The position numbers and the translations under genes are program-made. 59,354 bases of DNA. Origin: an uncultured Lachnospiraceae bacterium (lineage in GTDB: Bacteria > Bacillota > Clostridia > Lachnospirales > Lachnospiraceae). The notes under the pieces were generated by a model. It was not told the origin of the DNA. It was given only the letters and a program-made list of their open reading frames with translations, and made no database searches. Where the stretch lies: positions 1 to 59,354 of the forward strand of contig CAYOMP010000001.1 in the NCBI GenBank assembly GCA_964405075.1, given 5' to 3'. This document shows, one piece after another, positions 18,833 to 29,070 of the stretch; the first letter of the stretch is position 1, and each line of letters starts with the position of its first letter.

Positions 18833-20140
18833 ATGAAATTTAAAATGACAAAAAAGGAAAAAAACTGGGTATTATATGATGTTGGTAATTCAGCATTTAC
18901 ACTTTTAGTATCTACAATTATGCCATTATATTTTAACTATCTGGCAGGAAATGCGGGACTTGATTCGGTAGAGTATCTTGCATACTGGGGATATGCGGCA
19001 TCAATAGCAACTGCAATAGTAGCGATTCTTGGACCAATTTTGGGAACAATGGCAGATACGAAAGGATTTAAAAAGCCTATTTTCGCGGCAATGCTTATGC
19101 TGGGTGCAATTGGATGTATGGGACTTGGTTTTGCAAGACAATGGTTTATTTTCTTGATTATATATATATTAGCAAAGGTAGGTTTTTCAGGAAGTCTTAT
19201 TTTTTATGATTCTATGCTTTCTGACATTACAACAGAAGACAGAGTGGATAATATTTCTTCGCAGGGGTTTGCCTGGGGATACATAGGAAGTGTCATTCCA
19301 TTTATTGCATGTCTTGGGCTTGTACTTGGAGCGGACACCATTGGTATTTCTATGGACCTTGCTATGGGAATTTCTTTTATTATTGTTGCAATTTGGTGGA
19401 TTGTAATGTCTCTTCCATTGCTAAGGGATTATCAGCAGAAACACTATGTGGAAAGAGAGGTACATGCTATTGCAAATAGTTTTAAGAGATTAGGAAATAC
19501 TCTTATAGGAGTTAAGAAAGAAAAGAAGATATTCTTATTTCTTGTTGCTTTTTTCTTTTACATTGATGGTGTGTATACCATTATTGATATGGCAACAGCT
19601 TATGGTTCAGCACTGGGGCTAGACAGTACAGGACTATTATTAGCACTTCTTGTAACTCAGTTTGTTGCTTTTCCATCAGCTCTTTTGTTTGGTAGATTTT
19701 CGCAAAAATATGATACTGTTAAGTTAATTACCATCTGCATCTGTGCATATTTGGGAATTGCAATCTTTGCAGTGTTTTTGACGACACAGAGGCAGTTTTG
19801 GATGCTTGCTATTTTTGTAGGTATGTTTCAGGGAGGTGTACAGGCATTGTCTCGCTCATATTTTACAAAGATAATTCCAGCAGAAAAATCTGGTGAATAT
19901 TTTGGATTGATGGATATCTGTGGAAAGGGAGCATCTTTCCTTGGAACAACTGTTATTAGTATGGTTTCGCAGGTGTCAGGTAGTGTTAACATTGGAGTTA
20001 GTGCGATTTCAATATTCTTTGTGATTGGAATTATTGTTTTTCGTATAGCAGTAAAAATTGAGGATTCAAGCAAAACGGAAGATGAGAAGCAGAATGAAGT
20101 ATGTGGGAATATAGATAATATGGAAGTTTGTAAGCAATAA
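18833..20140 (+). CDS. MFS transporter, UMF1/Atg22-like family
   Basis: WVLYDVGNSAFTLLVSTIMPLYF start typical of UMF1. About 12 TM segments. ATG 18833 chosen because the ORF-track start at 18707 lies inside phoH2. Confidence 0.8.
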   Translation: MKFKMTKKEKNWVLYDVGNSAFTLLVSTIMPLYFNYLAGNAGLDSVEYLAYWGYAASIATAIVAILGPILGTMADTKGFKKPIFAAMLMLGAIGCMGLGFARQWFIFLIIYILAKVGFSGSLIFYDSMLSDITTEDRVDNISSQGFAWGYIGSVIPFIACLGLVLGADTIGISMDLAMGISFIIVAIWWIVMSLPLLRDYQQKHYVEREVHAIANSFKRLGNTLIGVKKEKKIFLFLVAFFFYIDGVYTIIDMATAYGSALGLDSTGLLLALLVTQFVAFPSALLFGRFSQKYDTVKLITICICAYLGIAIFAVFLTTQRQFWMLAIFVGMFQGGVQALSRSYFTKIIPAEKSGEYFGLMDICGKGASFLGTTVISMVSQVSGSVNIGVSAISIFFVIGIIVFRIAVKIEDSSKTEDEKQNEVCGNIDNMEVCKQ

Positions 20141-20210
20141 TCTATTTTGATAGAATTATTTAGTTAAATTAAAAAAATCATGTAATTCAGGTTTTTCTTT
20201 AAAGTATTTT

Positions 20211-20552
20211 CATAAACTGTGGGAAGAAATAATTCTTCATTTTCTTCCTAAAATGTTTAAAAACTTCGACGTGAAAGAAAAATCATTGATTCGTGTTACA
20301 AGAAATGCTGATATAGATACAGAGACAATATATGATGAAGATTTAGATTACAGAGAGGCAATGGAAAATCTAATAAAGCAGAGAAAAAGGATGAATCCGG
20401 TAAGAATAGAACTTTCAAGAGTACTGAACAAAAAAATGATTGGTTCTTTATGTAAAGCTATTCAGGTTGGAAAAGATTATGTGTTTTTGACTAGGGTTCC
20501 GTTGGATATGTCTGACAGAAAAAGGAAACTATGTATAACGAAATCTGAATGA
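20211..20552 (+). pseudogene. internal fragment of polyphosphate kinase 1
   Basis: LIRVTRNADIDTE...DEDLDYREAMENLIKQRKRMNPVRIE is the conserved PPK1 middle-domain motif. Only about 110 of about 700 codons are present. The frame is open upstream of ATG 20253 without a credible start. Confidence 0.65.
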
Positions 20553-20673
20553 TGAGAAGCTGGATTCTCAGGAGATGTTTTATGAAATCACATACAGCAA
20601 TGTGGAGAAAACAGTAAAGGAAAGAGGATATGGGGCAGAGGTGTCTCTTTAAAATATAAATTTGAGATATTAA

Positions 20674-21348
20674 ATGAAGAAGGCGAAGAAATTGAAATAT
20701 AAAGATATGTTAAGTAACGAAGAAGTAAAAGCATTCCTAAAAAAAGGAAATGAAAACCTTGGAGTATTGGGTTATACTGATCATTCTGAAAAGCATTGTG
20801 CGATTGTGGCAAAACGTGCAGGGATGATTCTTTCAAAATTTGGATATTCGCAGCATGAAATTGAGCTTGCGGAGGTTGCTGGAGCATTACATGATATAGG
20901 AAATGTGGTTAATCGGAAAAATCATGGTGAATATGGTGCGGTTCTTTCATATTCGATTTTAGAGAAAATGGATGTTCCATTGGAAGACAGAGTAATTATT
21001 ATGTCTGCTATTGGAAATCATGATGAATCTACAGGAGGTGCGTTAGATGCTGTATCAGCTGCACTTATTCTGGCAGACAAAACAGATGTTAGAAGGAATC
21101 GTGTGAGAAACAAAGATAAAGCATGCTTTGATAAACATGATCGTGTTAATTATGCAGTTACAAATTCAACAGTAAAAATCAATCCACAGAAACATCTTAT
21201 TACACTGAATTTGCAGATTGATGAAGAAATATGTACGATGTATGAGTATTTTGAAATCTTTCTTGGAAGAATGTTAATGTGTAGAAAGGCAGCAGAAATC
21301 TTGGGTGCAAGGTTTAAACTTACAGCGAACGGAAGTAAAGTATTATAG
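20674..21348 (+). CDS. HD-domain metal-dependent phosphohydrolase
   Basis: H...HD motifs: HSEKHCAIVA, AGALHDIGN, GNHDES. Confidence 0.75.
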   Translation: MKKAKKLKYKDMLSNEEVKAFLKKGNENLGVLGYTDHSEKHCAIVAKRAGMILSKFGYSQHEIELAEVAGALHDIGNVVNRKNHGEYGAVLSYSILEKMDVPLEDRVIIMSAIGNHDESTGGALDAVSAALILADKTDVRRNRVRNKDKACFDKHDRVNYAVTNSTVKINPQKHLITLNLQIDEEICTMYEYFEIFLGRMLMCRKAAEILGARFKLTANGSKVL

Positions 21349-21544
21349 AACTGTAGAATGTTGATTAGAGAAATAAGAAACATGTTAGATGAAAGCATTA
21401 AACTCAAAAATGTATTATATAAATTAAGAGAAAGATAGGTTATGTTTGAATTGAGTGATGAAGAAATAGGAAAACTTTCGAGATGAAAAATTGTACAGTA
21501 TATATAAATGATAAAAATAGATATGAATGCTAGAAAAATTACGC

Positions 21545-21625
21545 AGTATTTGTAAAAATAGTTTCAACTCTATCGTTTCAAATGTTAGTTTTGAAAATGA
21601 TGTAAAAGTGTTAAAACCACAAATG
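21545..21625 (+). repeat. about 80-nt block homologous to 16984-17064
   Basis: See 16984-17064. Lies about 85-165 nt upstream of the predicted promoter of the LytTR regulator. Confidence 0.7.
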
Positions 21626-21673
21626 ACTTGAAAAAATAAAAAAAACTAACTATTATAAAATTAAGATGTATTT

Positions 21674-21702
21674 TTGAATGTATATGGGCAAACACTTAAT
21701 AT
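21674..21702 (+). promoter_or_regulatory. sigma-A-like promoter of the LytTR operon
   Basis: TTGAAT, 17-nt spacer, TAATAT. Lies 23 nt upstream of ATG 21725. Confidence 0.45.
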
Positions 21703-21724
21703 GTAGATGATAGGGGATTGAAGA

Positions 21725-22432
21725 ATGTATCACATTGCGATGGTAGAGGATGAATTGGAATTTTCTGAACAATTACAAGAATATTTAGAAAAGTACCAGC
21801 AGGAAAATCATGTAAAGTTTAAAATATCTGTTTTTCATGATGGTGCGGAAATTCTAGAGGAATATAAACCACTTTATGATATTATTTTGTTAGATATAGA
21901 AATGCCGAAGGTAAATGGGATGGAAGCGGCTGAGCAGATTCGTGAAATGGATAATGATGTGGTATTGATGTTTATTACGAATATGGCTTCTTATGCTATT
22001 AACGGATATGAAGTTGGAGCTCTTGACTTCGTTATGAAGCCTATTAACTATTATACTTTTTCCATGAAAATGACGCGGGCATTAAAAAGAGTGAAGCAGA
22101 AAGACCAGCAGGAAATTTTATTGACACTTCCGGATGGAGTGAAGAAATTAGAAATTAATCAGATTCAGTTTATCGAAGTGCAAAATCGTATGCTTCACTA
22201 TTACACCATGGAAGATGTATATGAAGTACGTGGAACTATGCAAAGCGTAGAAAAAATGATGGAACCATATCCATTTGTAAAATGTAATCACTGGTATATG
22301 GTAAACTTAAAACATGTATCGGAAGTAAGAAAAAATATTGCAATAGTTGGGAAACATGAACTCGAAATAAGTAGAAGAAATAAAACAGCCTTTTTAAAAG
22401 CTTTGACTGAATATATGGGAGGTGTTTCATAA
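21725..22432 (+). CDS. LytTR/AlgR-family response regulator
   Basis: Receiver domain (DIILLDIEMPKVNG) plus a C-terminal LytTR domain (IQFIEVQNRMLHYYT...). Confidence 0.9.
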   Translation: MYHIAMVEDELEFSEQLQEYLEKYQQENHVKFKISVFHDGAEILEEYKPLYDIILLDIEMPKVNGMEAAEQIREMDNDVVLMFITNMASYAINGYEVGALDFVMKPINYYTFSMKMTRALKRVKQKDQQEILLTLPDGVKKLEINQIQFIEVQNRMLHYYTMEDVYEVRGTMQSVEKMMEPYPFVKCNHWYMVNLKHVSEVRKNIAIVGKHELEISRRNKTAFLKALTEYMGGVS

Positions 22433-23712
22433 TGGTATGGATTACTTCTCTTATAGTAGAAATAGCACTTTGGATTTCTGGAATTGTTTTTGCATTACAT
22501 AATGATTTTCGTGATAATGCTAGAAAACGAATTTGCATTAGTATACTTATTTTACTGGCGAATATAGTAGCTATAATTTATATTATGATACAAGCTCCCA
22601 TAAATGTAGAATTTATGCTTCATCTATGTGTATACATTGTAATGTCAGCTCTCATTTATGTAAATTGGAAGGTAAGTTATTCTATTGCTGTATATTTAAC
22701 TATTTGGGCAGTGATTTGCTGGCAGATTATTTTTGAAATCTGTGATATATGGAACGTAATACCGGGGACAGAGTTTGGAAGAGTTACGATTATCAGATGG
22801 GGAGTGATGGTTTTATTATTTGCCATAGGATATATTGTAGTAGCATTTACAATTTCAAAATGGTTGCTATCTGAGGGCAGGAAAACATTAGGACCAAGGC
22901 AGATGATATCTGCAATTCTACTGTTTTTGATTTTTGAGTTATCAGCATATTCTATGCATATTCAGATGCGCTTACAATCGTCAGAGGATTGGAGAACTCT
23001 ATTTATGACCCAGATACTTGTGGCATTTATTTTATATCTGCAAAATGAGTTATTTAAGAAAAGTGTCATTCGACAAGAACTGGCAATGATGAATCTTTTA
23101 TGGAAAAAAGAGCAGGAACAGTATCAGCTTTCAAAAGAAAATATTGCCTTAATTAATCATAAATGTCATGATTTAAAACATCAAATACGAGCGTTACGTG
23201 ATGCCAGTAAAGAAGATATGGACCAATATTTGAACGAAATAGAAGATTCAATTAAGATTTACGAATCCATAGTAAAAACAGGAAATGAAGTATTGGACAC
23301 AATTCTAACAGAGAAGAGCCTGTATTGTAAGGATAGAGGAATAAAGATTTCTTGTGTAGTAGATGGAAATCAGATGGATTTTATCAATAAAGTTGATTTA
23401 TATACTATTTTGGGGAATGCATTGGATAATGCAATAGAAGCTGTTGAGAAGTTCAAACATCAGGAAATGCGTCAGATAGATGTAATGATTTATAAGCAAC
23501 AGCAATTTTTGGTCATTAATATCATAAATCCTATGAAGGAACAACTCATTTATGAAGAAGAGCTTCCGGTGACTACAAAAGGGGATAAAAGGTATCACGG
23601 ATTTGGTTTAAAGAGTATGAAGTATGTAGTGAAAAAATATGATGGATTTCTTACTGTTAGTGAGGAGGATGGTTGTTTTTCACTGAAAATACTTATGCCG
23701 ATTCCAAAATAA
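22432..23712 (+). CDS. AgrC-like (HPK10-type, GHKL) membrane sensor histidine kinase
   Basis: About 6 TM helices. H-box NHKCHDLKHQIRAL, N-box LGNALDNAIEA, G-box YHGFGLKSM. Start overlaps the regulator stop (TAATG). Confidence 0.85.
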   Translation: MVWITSLIVEIALWISGIVFALHNDFRDNARKRICISILILLANIVAIIYIMIQAPINVEFMLHLCVYIVMSALIYVNWKVSYSIAVYLTIWAVICWQIIFEICDIWNVIPGTEFGRVTIIRWGVMVLLFAIGYIVVAFTISKWLLSEGRKTLGPRQMISAILLFLIFELSAYSMHIQMRLQSSEDWRTLFMTQILVAFILYLQNELFKKSVIRQELAMMNLLWKKEQEQYQLSKENIALINHKCHDLKHQIRALRDASKEDMDQYLNEIEDSIKIYESIVKTGNEVLDTILTEKSLYCKDRGIKISCVVDGNQMDFINKVDLYTILGNALDNAIEAVEKFKHQEMRQIDVMIYKQQQFLVINIINPMKEQLIYEEELPVTTKGDKRYHGFGLKSMKYVVKKYDGFLTVSEEDGCFSLKILMPIPK

Positions 23713-23723
23713 ACAAGAAGATA

Positions 23724-23783
23724 AAAGAAGCAATGGCTAACACCTGTAAACAAAGACAGATGTTGGATGTTGCTTCTTTTTTT
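23724..23783 (+). terminator. terminator-like hairpin
   Basis: AAAGAAGCAA ... TTGCTTCTTT stem with a long loop, then a T run. Confidence 0.5.
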
Positions 23784-23946
23784 GTATATCGACCAGTTAT
23801 GACACAAAAACGACCACCTATGCAAAACCCATTGTAAAGTAGAAAAAAAAGGGGTATTTTAATTACAACAAAGCGAAAGAAATTAAGAAAATGGGCAAAA
23901 TAATAAGTGTTATATTGATTAAAAATGCAATATTAAGAGAGGAGGA

Positions 23947-25938
23947 ATGCAAAGAACTATGAGACGTACAGAAGCGATAATGACGAATTGGATTTTTACG
24001 AACCAAACCGGAAAACAAAGGCAGGTTGATTTGCCACATACCTGGAATGCCATTGATGGACAGGATGGCGGAAATGATTACTACCGTGGAACATGTAGCT
24101 ACGAAAAAACGTTTCCTATGCCGGCACACGAGGAAAATGAACGTGTGTATATTCAATTTCATGGGGTGAATGCCAGTGCAAAAGTTATATTAAACGGTAA
24201 AGAAATGGTACTGCACGATAATGGTTACTCTACATTCCGTGTTGATATTACTGAGGAACTTCAGTTAGAAAATCAGCTTAAAGTTGAAGTTGATAATAGT
24301 GTTAACAATCGTGTTTATCCTCAAAAAGCAGATTTTACATTTTACGGTGGAATTTACCGCGATGTGGAATTTTTGATTGTATCAGATAAACATTTTGACC
24401 TGGATTATTATGGTGGTCCAGGAATGAAAATTACAACTGATGTAAAAAATAGTAAAGGTATCATAGAAGTTGAAACTTATACTAATGTTAAAAGCGCAGA
24501 AGTTGAAATTAATCTTTTGGATGCAGATGGAAATGTTGTAGCAAATGAAGTAGTTTCTTTAAAAGTAGCTGAAACACAGAAAGAGAAAATGCTAGGAGTT
24601 GCTTCGAAAGATGCTAGTGTTGCAAAGGCAACTTTTACAGTAGAAAATCCACATTTATGGAACGGAGTAGAAGATCCTTATCTTTATAGAGTACAAGCAA
24701 CCTTAATTGAGGAGGGAAAAGCTTTTGACCGTATCGAATCAGTTTGCGGTATACGTACTTTTAATGTAGATCCGAAGAAAGGGTTTTTCCTAAATGGAAA
24801 ATCATATCCACTTCGTGGGGTGTCACGTCACCAGGATTTTAAAGGAATTGGGAATGCTATTTCTTACGAGTTAATGGAACAGGATATGGAAATGATTCGT
24901 GAACTTGGTGCAAATACGATTCGTTTAGCACATTATCAGCACAATCAGTACTTTTATGATTTGTGTGATAAATATGGAATGGTTGTATGGGCAGAAATTC
25001 CTTATATTTCCGCGCATATGCCAGAAGGACGTGAGAATACATTTTTCCAGATGAAGGAATTAATTGTACAGAATTACAATCATCCATCCATTGTAACATG
25101 GGGAATTTCAAACGAAATTACAATTTCTCATAAACATAAAAAAGATATGTTGGATAATCATAATGCTTTACAGAAGTTTTGTAAGGAACTTGATCCAACA
25201 AGACCGACAACTTTAGCATGTTATGCAATGTGTAGTCCGTTCCATCCGGTTACTAAGATTTCAGATATTGTAGCCTGGAACTTATATTTAGGATGGTATG
25301 TACCGGGATTAATTTTAAATGATGTATTTATGAAATTTTATCATTGGTTATATCCAAACAGAGCATTAGGTTATTCTGAATATGGTGCAGAAGGAATGCC
25401 AAATCTTCATAGCTCACATCCTAGACGAGGTGATCATACAGAAGAGTATCAGGCAAAATATCATGAATATATGTTAGAGTGTTTTGAGCGTCATCCATTC
25501 CTATGGTCTACGTATGTATGGAATATGTTTGATTTCGCAGCAGATGCAAGAGATCAGGGTGGAGAGCCGGGAATGAATCACAAAGGCTTAGTAACATTTG
25601 ACAGAAAAACAAAGAAGGACAGTTATTTTGTATATAAGGCATATTGGAGCAAGGAACCATTTGTTCATCTTTGTGGAAAACGTTATGAATATCGTCCTGA
25701 TAAGGTGACAAATGTAACGGTATATTCTAACCAAAGGGAAGTATCCCTTTATAACAATGGTAAACTAATCGGCACACAAAAGGGAGAACATGTATTTAAG
25801 TTTAAAGTTCCGATGGAAGTAGAGAATAAACTTGAAGTTATTGCAGGAGATTTAAAGGATTCTGCAGTGATTTATAAAACAGAACAGCCTAGACCAGAAT
25901 ATAAGGTCAAGAAAGGCAAGAGTCAAAATTGGGTTTAA
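23947..25938 (+). CDS. GH2 glycosidase (beta-galactosidase-like), cytoplasmic
   Basis: GH2 sugar-binding start (LPHTWN), acid/base WGISNEI, nucleophile region GYSEYGAEG. Exact start is uncertain (ATG 23947, 23959 or 23980). Confidence 0.85.
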   Translation: MQRTMRRTEAIMTNWIFTNQTGKQRQVDLPHTWNAIDGQDGGNDYYRGTCSYEKTFPMPAHEENERVYIQFHGVNASAKVILNGKEMVLHDNGYSTFRVDITEELQLENQLKVEVDNSVNNRVYPQKADFTFYGGIYRDVEFLIVSDKHFDLDYYGGPGMKITTDVKNSKGIIEVETYTNVKSAEVEINLLDADGNVVANEVVSLKVAETQKEKMLGVASKDASVAKATFTVENPHLWNGVEDPYLYRVQATLIEEGKAFDRIESVCGIRTFNVDPKKGFFLNGKSYPLRGVSRHQDFKGIGNAISYELMEQDMEMIRELGANTIRLAHYQHNQYFYDLCDKYGMVVWAEIPYISAHMPEGRENTFFQMKELIVQNYNHPSIVTWGISNEITISHKHKKDMLDNHNALQKFCKELDPTRPTTLACYAMCSPFHPVTKISDIVAWNLYLGWYVPGLILNDVFMKFYHWLYPNRALGYSEYGAEGMPNLHSSHPRRGDHTEEYQAKYHEYMLECFERHPFLWSTYVWNMFDFAADARDQGGEPGMNHKGLVTFDRKTKKDSYFVYKAYWSKEPFVHLCGKRYEYRPDKVTNVTVYSNQREVSLYNNGKLIGTQKGEHVFKFKVPMEVENKLEVIAGDLKDSAVIYKTEQPRPEYKVKKGKSQNWV

Positions 25939-26008
25939 TGTAAAATCAAGCTGGGTTAAAGGGTAGATTAAAACCAGTGTGAAAAATATATAAGAAGTGG
26001 AGAAGAAT

Positions 26009-28999
26009 ATGGAAGAAAAGAAGAAAGAGTTTAAAGCTCAAAAGAAAGCTTTTAAAAAAGCGAGAAGAAAAGCTACAAGACCATGGAAGGGCTTAACAAT
26101 TTTAAGTGCAATTATTGCAGTTATTATGGTACCAGTTACAATTGTTGCATCAACATTTGACAACACGTTGGCAGCATTTGTGGGTGGAACATTTTGGAAA
26201 TTGGAAAATGAAGATGAACATGCAGCATACTATCAGTCAGATTTTGATTCTGTAGAAGAAATGACAGAGTATGGTTTAGAGCTTTGTCAGTTAGTAGAAG
26301 CAGAAGGTGCAGCACTTCTTATGAATGAGAATAATGCACTTCCTTTGGAAAAAGGTTCAAAAGTCAGCTGTTTCTCTAACTCATCTGTAAATTTAGTTTA
26401 TGGTGGAACAGGTTCAGGAAATATTGATGCTTCAACAGCAGATACACTAAAAATAGCTTTGGAAAAAACAGGTTTCGAAGTGAATGAAACATTGTGGAAT
26501 TTCTACTCAGTAGATGCAGCTGAATACTTACGTGTTGTAGGTGGTGTAGTAAGCCTTGATTCAGCAGTTGTTTCAGAATGTCCATGGAATGTATACACAG
26601 ATGAAGTGAAAAATTCTGTAGCATCTTATGGGGATGCAGCTATTGTTACATTTTCACGTGTAGGTGGAGAAGGTGCAGACCTTGAATATTCATCAACAAA
26701 TTATCTTGCATTAGATGAAAATGAAAAAGAAATGATGGAAAATGTGAAGGCGATGAAAGAAGCCGGAACAATTAAAAAAATCATTGTTTTAATTAACTCT
26801 GCAAATCCACTACAGGTTGATTTCTTGAAAAACAATGATTATGATGTGGATGCCTGTCTTTGGATTGGCGATGTTGGTATCTCAGGTATCAATGCAGTAG
26901 CAGATATTCTTAGTGGTGATGTTACACCGTCAGGTAGTTTAGTAGATACTTACTGCTACGATAATTATTCTTCGCCAGCAATGGCAAACTTCGTACCAAT
27001 TACATACGAAGGTTATGAAGAAGGAATTATTCCAGAAAATGCAAGTACGTACATGATTTACCAGGAAGGTATTTATGTAGGTTACAAATATTATGAAACA
27101 CGTTATGAAGATTATGTTATGGGAACAGGTAATACAGGTTCTTATGAATATAGTGAAGATGTAGCATTTCCATTTGGACATGGTTTAAGCTATACAGATT
27201 TCGAATATAGCGATATGTCAGTAAACTACAATTCTTCAACAGACCAGTTCGAAGTAACATTGACAGTAACAAATGTAGGAAATAAATATTCGGGAAAAGA
27301 AACTATTCAGGTATATTCACAGTCACCATACACAGCATATGATATTGAAAATGGTGTAGAAAAGGCTTCTGTAGCACTTTGTGGATTTACCAAAACAGGT
27401 ATTCTTGCTCCTGGTGCATCTGAAACAGTAACTGTATATGTAGATAAAGCAGATTTGGCTTCTTATGATGCTTATGGTGCTGGAACATATATTTTAGATG
27501 AAGGCGATTATTATTTAACAGTAGCAACAGATGCACATAATGCTGTAAACAATACATTAGCAGCAAAAGGCTATACAGTTGAAAATACAGCTGGACGTAT
27601 GGATGCTGATGGTAATGCAGAGTTAACATATATGTGGACTCAGGATACCTTCGACGCTACAACATATGCAACATCTGCAACAGGTGTAGAAATTACAAAT
27701 CAGCTTTCTGATTCAGATATTAACTTAAGTGAAGAATTAGGCGGACAGACAGTAACATATTTAACACGTAACAATTGGACAGAAACATTCCCTACAATAT
27801 CACTTCAGTTAGCACTAACAAATGACTTAGTGAAAAAATTACAGGATGTACAGTATGACCCAGCTGATTACAGTGCAGTAGAAATGCCTACTATGGGTGC
27901 AGAAAATGGATTGAAACTTATTGATATGAAGGGGCTTGATTATGATGATGAAAAGTGGGATGATTTATTAGACCAGATGACATTTGACGAAATGGTTAGT
28001 TTCATAGGTGATTCATTCCATTGGACAATGCCAATAAAATCTATTGAAGCACCTGGAACACGTGATGAAAACGGACCACAGGGACTTACAGCATCATTAT
28101 TCTCAGGTGGTGTTTCATTAAAAGCAACAGCCTTTACATCGGAAGATGTTATGGCAGCAACTTTTAATACTGATTTAATGTATGAAATTGGTAAGGTAAT
28201 GGGTAATAACTGTCTAGAAGCAGGTATTGCATGTCTCTACGGACCAGGTAATAATATCCACAGAACACCATATGGTGGACGTAACTTTGAATACTTCTCA
28301 GAAGATGGATTCCTTTCAGGGGAAATGTCAAAACATGAAGTAGCAGCTATGGCTGACAAAGGTGTATTCGTTGTAATGAAACATTTTGCATTAAACGATT
28401 GTGAACAGGATCGTATTGGTCTTGGTGTATGGTTAACAGAACAGGCTGCCCGCGAAGTTTATTTAAAAGCATTCCAGGCTCCAATTGAAGAAGCAGATGC
28501 AGGTGTAATGGTTGCTTACACACGTTGGGGAGCAATCTGGTCAGGTGGAAATAAAGGATTAATGTCAGGCATTCTCCGTGGTGAATGGGATTCAGAAGGT
28601 CTTAATATTACAGATAACGTATTAACAACTTACGTAAATGGTGTTGACGGACTTATGGCAGGTGGTGTATCAACATATGATGCAATGCTTCCATATGTAG
28701 TAAAACAGTTACCAAAATATAAGAAGGATCCAGTAGTTGTGTCAGCGATGCGTGAAGCTTGTCACCATAACTTATATTCTATCGTTAACTCATGTGGTAT
28801 GAATGGAATTGGTGCAGATACAAGGATTATAGACAAACCACTTACAGTATTTGTTATTTCACAGGTATTGGCATACGGATTTACAACATTATTCCTTGTA
28901 TCAGCTATTATATGGTTTATTAAAAAACGTAAATTTAAAAAGACTGAAATTTACACATCTTTTATGGAATTGAAACAGGAAATGAAAGCAAATAAATAA
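26009..28999 (+). CDS. GH3 beta-glucosidase-like enzyme, permuted domain order, TM helices at both ends
   Basis: The GH3 C-terminal-type domain and FPFGHGLSYTDF + Fn3-like segment come before the TIM-barrel part (KHFALNDCEQDR, GLNITDN). N-terminal anchor GLTILSAIIAVIMVPVTIVASTF and C-terminal anchor LTVFVISQVLAYGFTTLFLVSAIIWFI. Confidence 0.85.
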   Translation: MEEKKKEFKAQKKAFKKARRKATRPWKGLTILSAIIAVIMVPVTIVASTFDNTLAAFVGGTFWKLENEDEHAAYYQSDFDSVEEMTEYGLELCQLVEAEGAALLMNENNALPLEKGSKVSCFSNSSVNLVYGGTGSGNIDASTADTLKIALEKTGFEVNETLWNFYSVDAAEYLRVVGGVVSLDSAVVSECPWNVYTDEVKNSVASYGDAAIVTFSRVGGEGADLEYSSTNYLALDENEKEMMENVKAMKEAGTIKKIIVLINSANPLQVDFLKNNDYDVDACLWIGDVGISGINAVADILSGDVTPSGSLVDTYCYDNYSSPAMANFVPITYEGYEEGIIPENASTYMIYQEGIYVGYKYYETRYEDYVMGTGNTGSYEYSEDVAFPFGHGLSYTDFEYSDMSVNYNSSTDQFEVTLTVTNVGNKYSGKETIQVYSQSPYTAYDIENGVEKASVALCGFTKTGILAPGASETVTVYVDKADLASYDAYGAGTYILDEGDYYLTVATDAHNAVNNTLAAKGYTVENTAGRMDADGNAELTYMWTQDTFDATTYATSATGVEITNQLSDSDINLSEELGGQTVTYLTRNNWTETFPTISLQLALTNDLVKKLQDVQYDPADYSAVEMPTMGAENGLKLIDMKGLDYDDEKWDDLLDQMTFDEMVSFIGDSFHWTMPIKSIEAPGTRDENGPQGLTASLFSGGVSLKATAFTSEDVMAATFNTDLMYEIGKVMGNNCLEAGIACLYGPGNNIHRTPYGGRNFEYFSEDGFLSGEMSKHEVAAMADKGVFVVMKHFALNDCEQDRIGLGVWLTEQAAREVYLKAFQAPIEEADAGVMVAYTRWGAIWSGGNKGLMSGILRGEWDSEGLNITDNVLTTYVNGVDGLMAGGVSTYDAMLPYVVKQLPKYKKDPVVVSAMREACHHNLYSIVNSCGMNGIGADTRIIDKPLTVFVISQVLAYGFTTLFLVSAIIWFIKKRKFKKTEIYTSFMELKQEMKANK

Positions 29000-29006
29000 A
29001 AACAAT

Positions 29007-29041
29007 ATCCTCAGGCTTTTAGTAAAAAAGCCTGAGGATTT
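29007..29041 (+). terminator. terminator hairpin
   Basis: 14-bp perfect stem ATCCTCAGGCTTTT/AAAAGCCTGAGGAT with a 5-nt loop and a short T tail. Confidence 0.6.
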
Positions 29042-29070
29042 GAAAAGACTCTTGAATCGGGAGGAAGATT

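Noticed and set aside
21359-21520. Small ORFs upstream of the LytTR operon as possible AgrD-like autoinducer precursors: MLIREIRNMLDESIKLKNVLYKLRER, MFELSDEEIGKLSR and MKNCTVYINDKNRYEC.
   Set aside because: No AgrB-like processing gene is nearby, the RBSs are absent or poor, and there is no amphipathic leader or conserved AgrD features. These cannot be supported from the sequence alone.
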